Virus genome (UHGV): UHGV-0153102
Direction: 5' to 3' (one strand)
DNA from: a virus
DNA length: 17,543 nt
The notes under the pieces were generated by a model. It did no database searches, was not told the DNA's origin, and saw nothing but the letters and a program-made list of their open reading frames with translations. The translations under genes were made by a program, and so were the position numbers. Position 1 is the first letter of the stretch, and each line of letters opens with the position of its first letter. This document shows, in pieces, positions 14,999 to 17,543 of this stretch.

Positions 14999-16662
14999 TG
15001 AACAAAGCCAGAGAAACGTCGCCTTCACTGATGCAAATGACGCCTCCCCGCAAAATTGATCTGTCAGGTGAAAAAGCCCTGCTGGGCGTGGATGTGCCGG
15101 ACAGCCTTGATTTGCCCGGTGATATGCCGGTGTTTCTGGATTATCAGGCCCGCTGGTTTGCAGATGAAAGTCAGGTCTGCATCGCGGAGAAATCCCGCCG
15201 CACCGGGCTTACCTGGGCGGAAGCCGGGCGTAACGTCATTACTGCTGCAAAACCGAAGCGTCGTGGTGGCCGCAATGTGTTTTATGTGGGATCAAAGCAG
15301 GAGATGGCGCTGGAATATATTTCTGCCTGCGCGCTGTTCTCCCGTGCCTTTAACCAGCTGGCAGATGCTGATGTGTATGAGCAGACATTCTGGGATCGGG
15401 ATAAAAAAGAAGAAATTTTGACCTACATGATCCGCTTTCCGAACAGTGGATTCAAAATTCAGGCATTGTCTTCCCGTCCGTCAAACCTGCGCGGCCTTCA
15501 GGGGGATGTGGTGATTGATGAAGCCGCGTTCCACGAGTCACTGGATGAGCTTCTCAAGGCGGCAATGGCGCTCACTATGTGGGGCGCGCGCGTGCGTATT
15601 ATCTCCACGCATAACGGCGTCGATAATCTGTTTAATCAGTACATTCAGGAAGCCCGCGAGGGGCGCAAGGATTACAGCGTCCACCGCATAACCCTGGATG
15701 ATGCCATTGCGGACGGGCTGTACCGTCGTATCTGTTACGTCACCGATCAGGAATGGTCACCGGAAAGCGAGCAGAAATGGCGTGATGATCTCTACAAAAA
15801 CGCCCCGACCCGTGAGGATGCCGACGAGGAATACGGCTGTATCCCGAAAAAATCCGGCGGTGCCTATATCCCCCACGCGCTTATTGAAATGGCGATGATC
15901 CGCGACATCCCGATTCTGACGTTTGAAGCCCCGGACAACTTCATCAGCCGTGCCGCATGGCTGCGTGAATCGGAAGTTTTAACCTGGTGTGAAGAACATT
16001 TAAAACCGCTTTTAGAGAAATTAAATCCCCGTTCCCGCTTCAGCTTCGGGGAAGACTTTGCCCGCACCGGTGACCTGTCCTGCTTTGTGCTGCTGGAAAT
16101 CACCGAATCCCTGGCAAAGCGCGAGGTGTTTCGCGTGGAGCTGCGCAACCTGCCGTATGCCCAGCAGGAACAGGTGATGATGTACATCCTGACCCGCGTT
16201 CCGGCGCTGGTCGGTGCGGCGTTCGACGCCACCGGTAACGGCGGCTATCTGGCAGAGGCCGCACTGCTGGCCTTTGGCCCGGATATCATCGACTGCGTGA
16301 TGTTGTCGCCGAAGTGGTACGGCGAGTGGATGCCAAAACTGAAAGCCGAGTTTGAAGATCAGAATATCCTCGTCGCCCGCCATCAGACCACGCTTGATGA
16401 TTTGCGCCATGTGAAGGTAGTGAATGGTATCCCGCAAATCGACAAGGGGCGCACGAAGGACCAGAACGCAACGGCTGCGAACGCCCGCCGCCATGGTGAT
16501 TTTGCCGTGGCGCTCTGTATGGCAAACCGGGCGTCATACATGGAGGGCTTCATCCTGGATGAATCAGCCTGTCAGGCGCTACCGGAGCGGTCGCGGGCAA
16601 TGGAGGGCGGTTATCGTGATGACGATGAGGCATATCATGAATTTGATCGGGGGGGCTGGTAG
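14995..16662 (+). CDS. terminase large subunit (Mu gp28-like)
   Basis: 555-aa ORF in the position of Mu gp28; contains a Walker B-like VVIDEAAFHE motif. Confidence 0.8.
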   Translation: MMNKARETSPSLMQMTPPRKIDLSGEKALLGVDVPDSLDLPGDMPVFLDYQARWFADESQVCIAEKSRRTGLTWAEAGRNVITAAKPKRRGGRNVFYVGSKQEMALEYISACALFSRAFNQLADADVYEQTFWDRDKKEEILTYMIRFPNSGFKIQALSSRPSNLRGLQGDVVIDEAAFHESLDELLKAAMALTMWGARVRIISTHNGVDNLFNQYIQEAREGRKDYSVHRITLDDAIADGLYRRICYVTDQEWSPESEQKWRDDLYKNAPTREDADEEYGCIPKKSGGAYIPHALIEMAMIRDIPILTFEAPDNFISRAAWLRESEVLTWCEEHLKPLLEKLNPRSRFSFGEDFARTGDLSCFVLLEITESLAKREVFRVELRNLPYAQQEQVMMYILTRVPALVGAAFDATGNGGYLAEAALLAFGPDIIDCVMLSPKWYGEWMPKLKAEFEDQNILVARHQTTLDDLRHVKVVNGIPQIDKGRTKDQNATAANARRHGDFAVALCMANRASYMEGFILDESACQALPERSRAMEGGYRDDDEAYHEFDRGGW

Positions 16663-17507
16663 TGGGACGCATCATTGATACTGACGGAAAACCTTTCTCC
16701 TTTGACCCGGAGATGCAGAGTGCCGCGCTGGATATTCCGCAGATTGCCAGCCGTTATATTGAACATCCGGCTTCGGGTATCACCCCGAACCGGGCGGCGC
16801 AGTGCCTTCGCGGGGCTGAACGTGGCGATCTGATTGCCCAGTCCGATCTGGCCGCTGATATTGAAGAAAAGGACACCCACCTTTTTGCGGAGCTGGGCAA
16901 GCGACGTCTTGCCATTCAGGGGGTGCCATGGAGTATTGAGCCGCCACCGAACGCCAGCGCGAATGAGAAAAAGGACGCGGAAATGCTCGACGAATATCTG
17001 CATTCCGCAGACTGGTTTGATGCCATGCTGTTTGACGCCACGGATGCCATCCTGAAGGGCTATTCCTGCATGGAAATTGAGCACGGGATGCTCGGTAAAA
17101 TGCACATCATCCGCGCCATCCGCTGGCGTGACAGCGGGCATTTCTGCCTTAACCCGGATGATTTGAGCGAACTGCGGCTGTGTGACGGCAGCCATGCCGG
17201 GGTGGCGTTTCAGCCCTTTGGCTGGATAGTGCATCAGTCGCGTTCACGCACTGGCTACGGTGGTGCGACGGGGCTTGTCAGAACGCTTATCTGGCCGTTC
17301 ATTTTCAAAAACTATTCCGTGCGCGATCTGGCTGAATTTCTGGAGGTGTACGGCCTGCCGATGAAGGTCGGTAAATACCCGTCCGGGGCAACACCGGAGC
17401 AGAAAAGCGCCCTGATGCGGGCGGTGATGGATATCGGGCGACGTACAGGCGGGATCATCCCAGCCGGGATGTCGCTGGAGTTTCAGGCGGCAGCGAACGG
17501 TCAGGCC
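16662..17507 (+). CDS. portal protein (Mu gp29-like), 3'-truncated at the contig/adapter junction
   Basis: GTG start overlaps the terminase stop (TAGTG). Translation GRIIDTDGKPFSFDPEMQ...TPNRAAQCLRGAERGDL...LVRTLIWPFIFKNYSVRDLAEFLEVYGLPMKVGKYP resembles Mu gp29 as recalled. The frame runs into adapter sequence at 17508. Confidence 0.8.
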
Positions 17508-17543
17508 CTGTCTCTTATACACATCTCCGAGCCCACGAGACAG
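17508..17543 (+). other. Illumina Nextera transposase adapter read-through (non-biological)
   Basis: CTGTCTCTTATACACATCTCCGAGCCCACGAGAC(AG) matches the Nextera adapter read-through sequence (Tn5 mosaic end plus adapter). Confidence 0.95.

Larger units (their letters stand above)
1235..17507. mobile_element. Mu-like transposable prophage, left end plus early, lysis and packaging genes; right part lies beyond the contig end
   Basis: Gene order matches Mu: repressor (minus), ner, A, B, small early genes, gam, gemA, mor, lys, spanins, terminase, portal. Direct repeats sit at the left end after a TG dinucleotide at 1235-1236. The left boundary is approximate (about +/-20 bp); the right boundary is the contig/adapter junction, not the true phage end. 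Confidence 0.85.

Noticed and set aside
15056-15421. 121-aa plus-strand alternative-frame ORF
   Set aside because: Out-of-frame overlap inside the terminase large subunit; Cys/Arg/Trp-rich composition typical of a GC-rich off-frame artefact.
16635-17234. 199-aa minus-strand ORF
   Set aside because: Lies entirely antisense within the portal gene, which has a strong Mu gp29-like translation; no independent support.

Overview
The window opens on Enterobacteriaceae chromosome: the 3' end of a thiolase gene (atoB-like), a convergent yfaP-like DUF2135 gene and a shared hairpin terminator. From about position 1235 to the end it is the left ~16.3 kb of a Mu-like transposable prophage. In order: left-end repeats; a minus-strand repressor divergent from a Ner-like gene, with operator palindromes between them; DDE transposase A; AAA+ protein B; small early genes including Gam; a ~3.2 kb block of seven tightly coupled uncharacterised early genes; one AT-rich opposite-strand moron; GemA; a hairpin terminator; a single Mor/C-family activator; SAR endolysin with overlapping spanins; a TraR/DksA-type zinc finger; terminase small and large subunits; and a truncated portal gene. 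The last 36 nt are Illumina Nextera adapter, so the contig end is an artifact. No rRNA, tRNA or CRISPR array was recognised. The strongest candidates for undescribed biology are the moron at 10625-11035, the unknown early block at 7517-10663, and a duplicated terminase-small C-terminal tail at 14750-14998. All protein identifications are from reading the translations and recalling Mu-family proteins; no database search was run.
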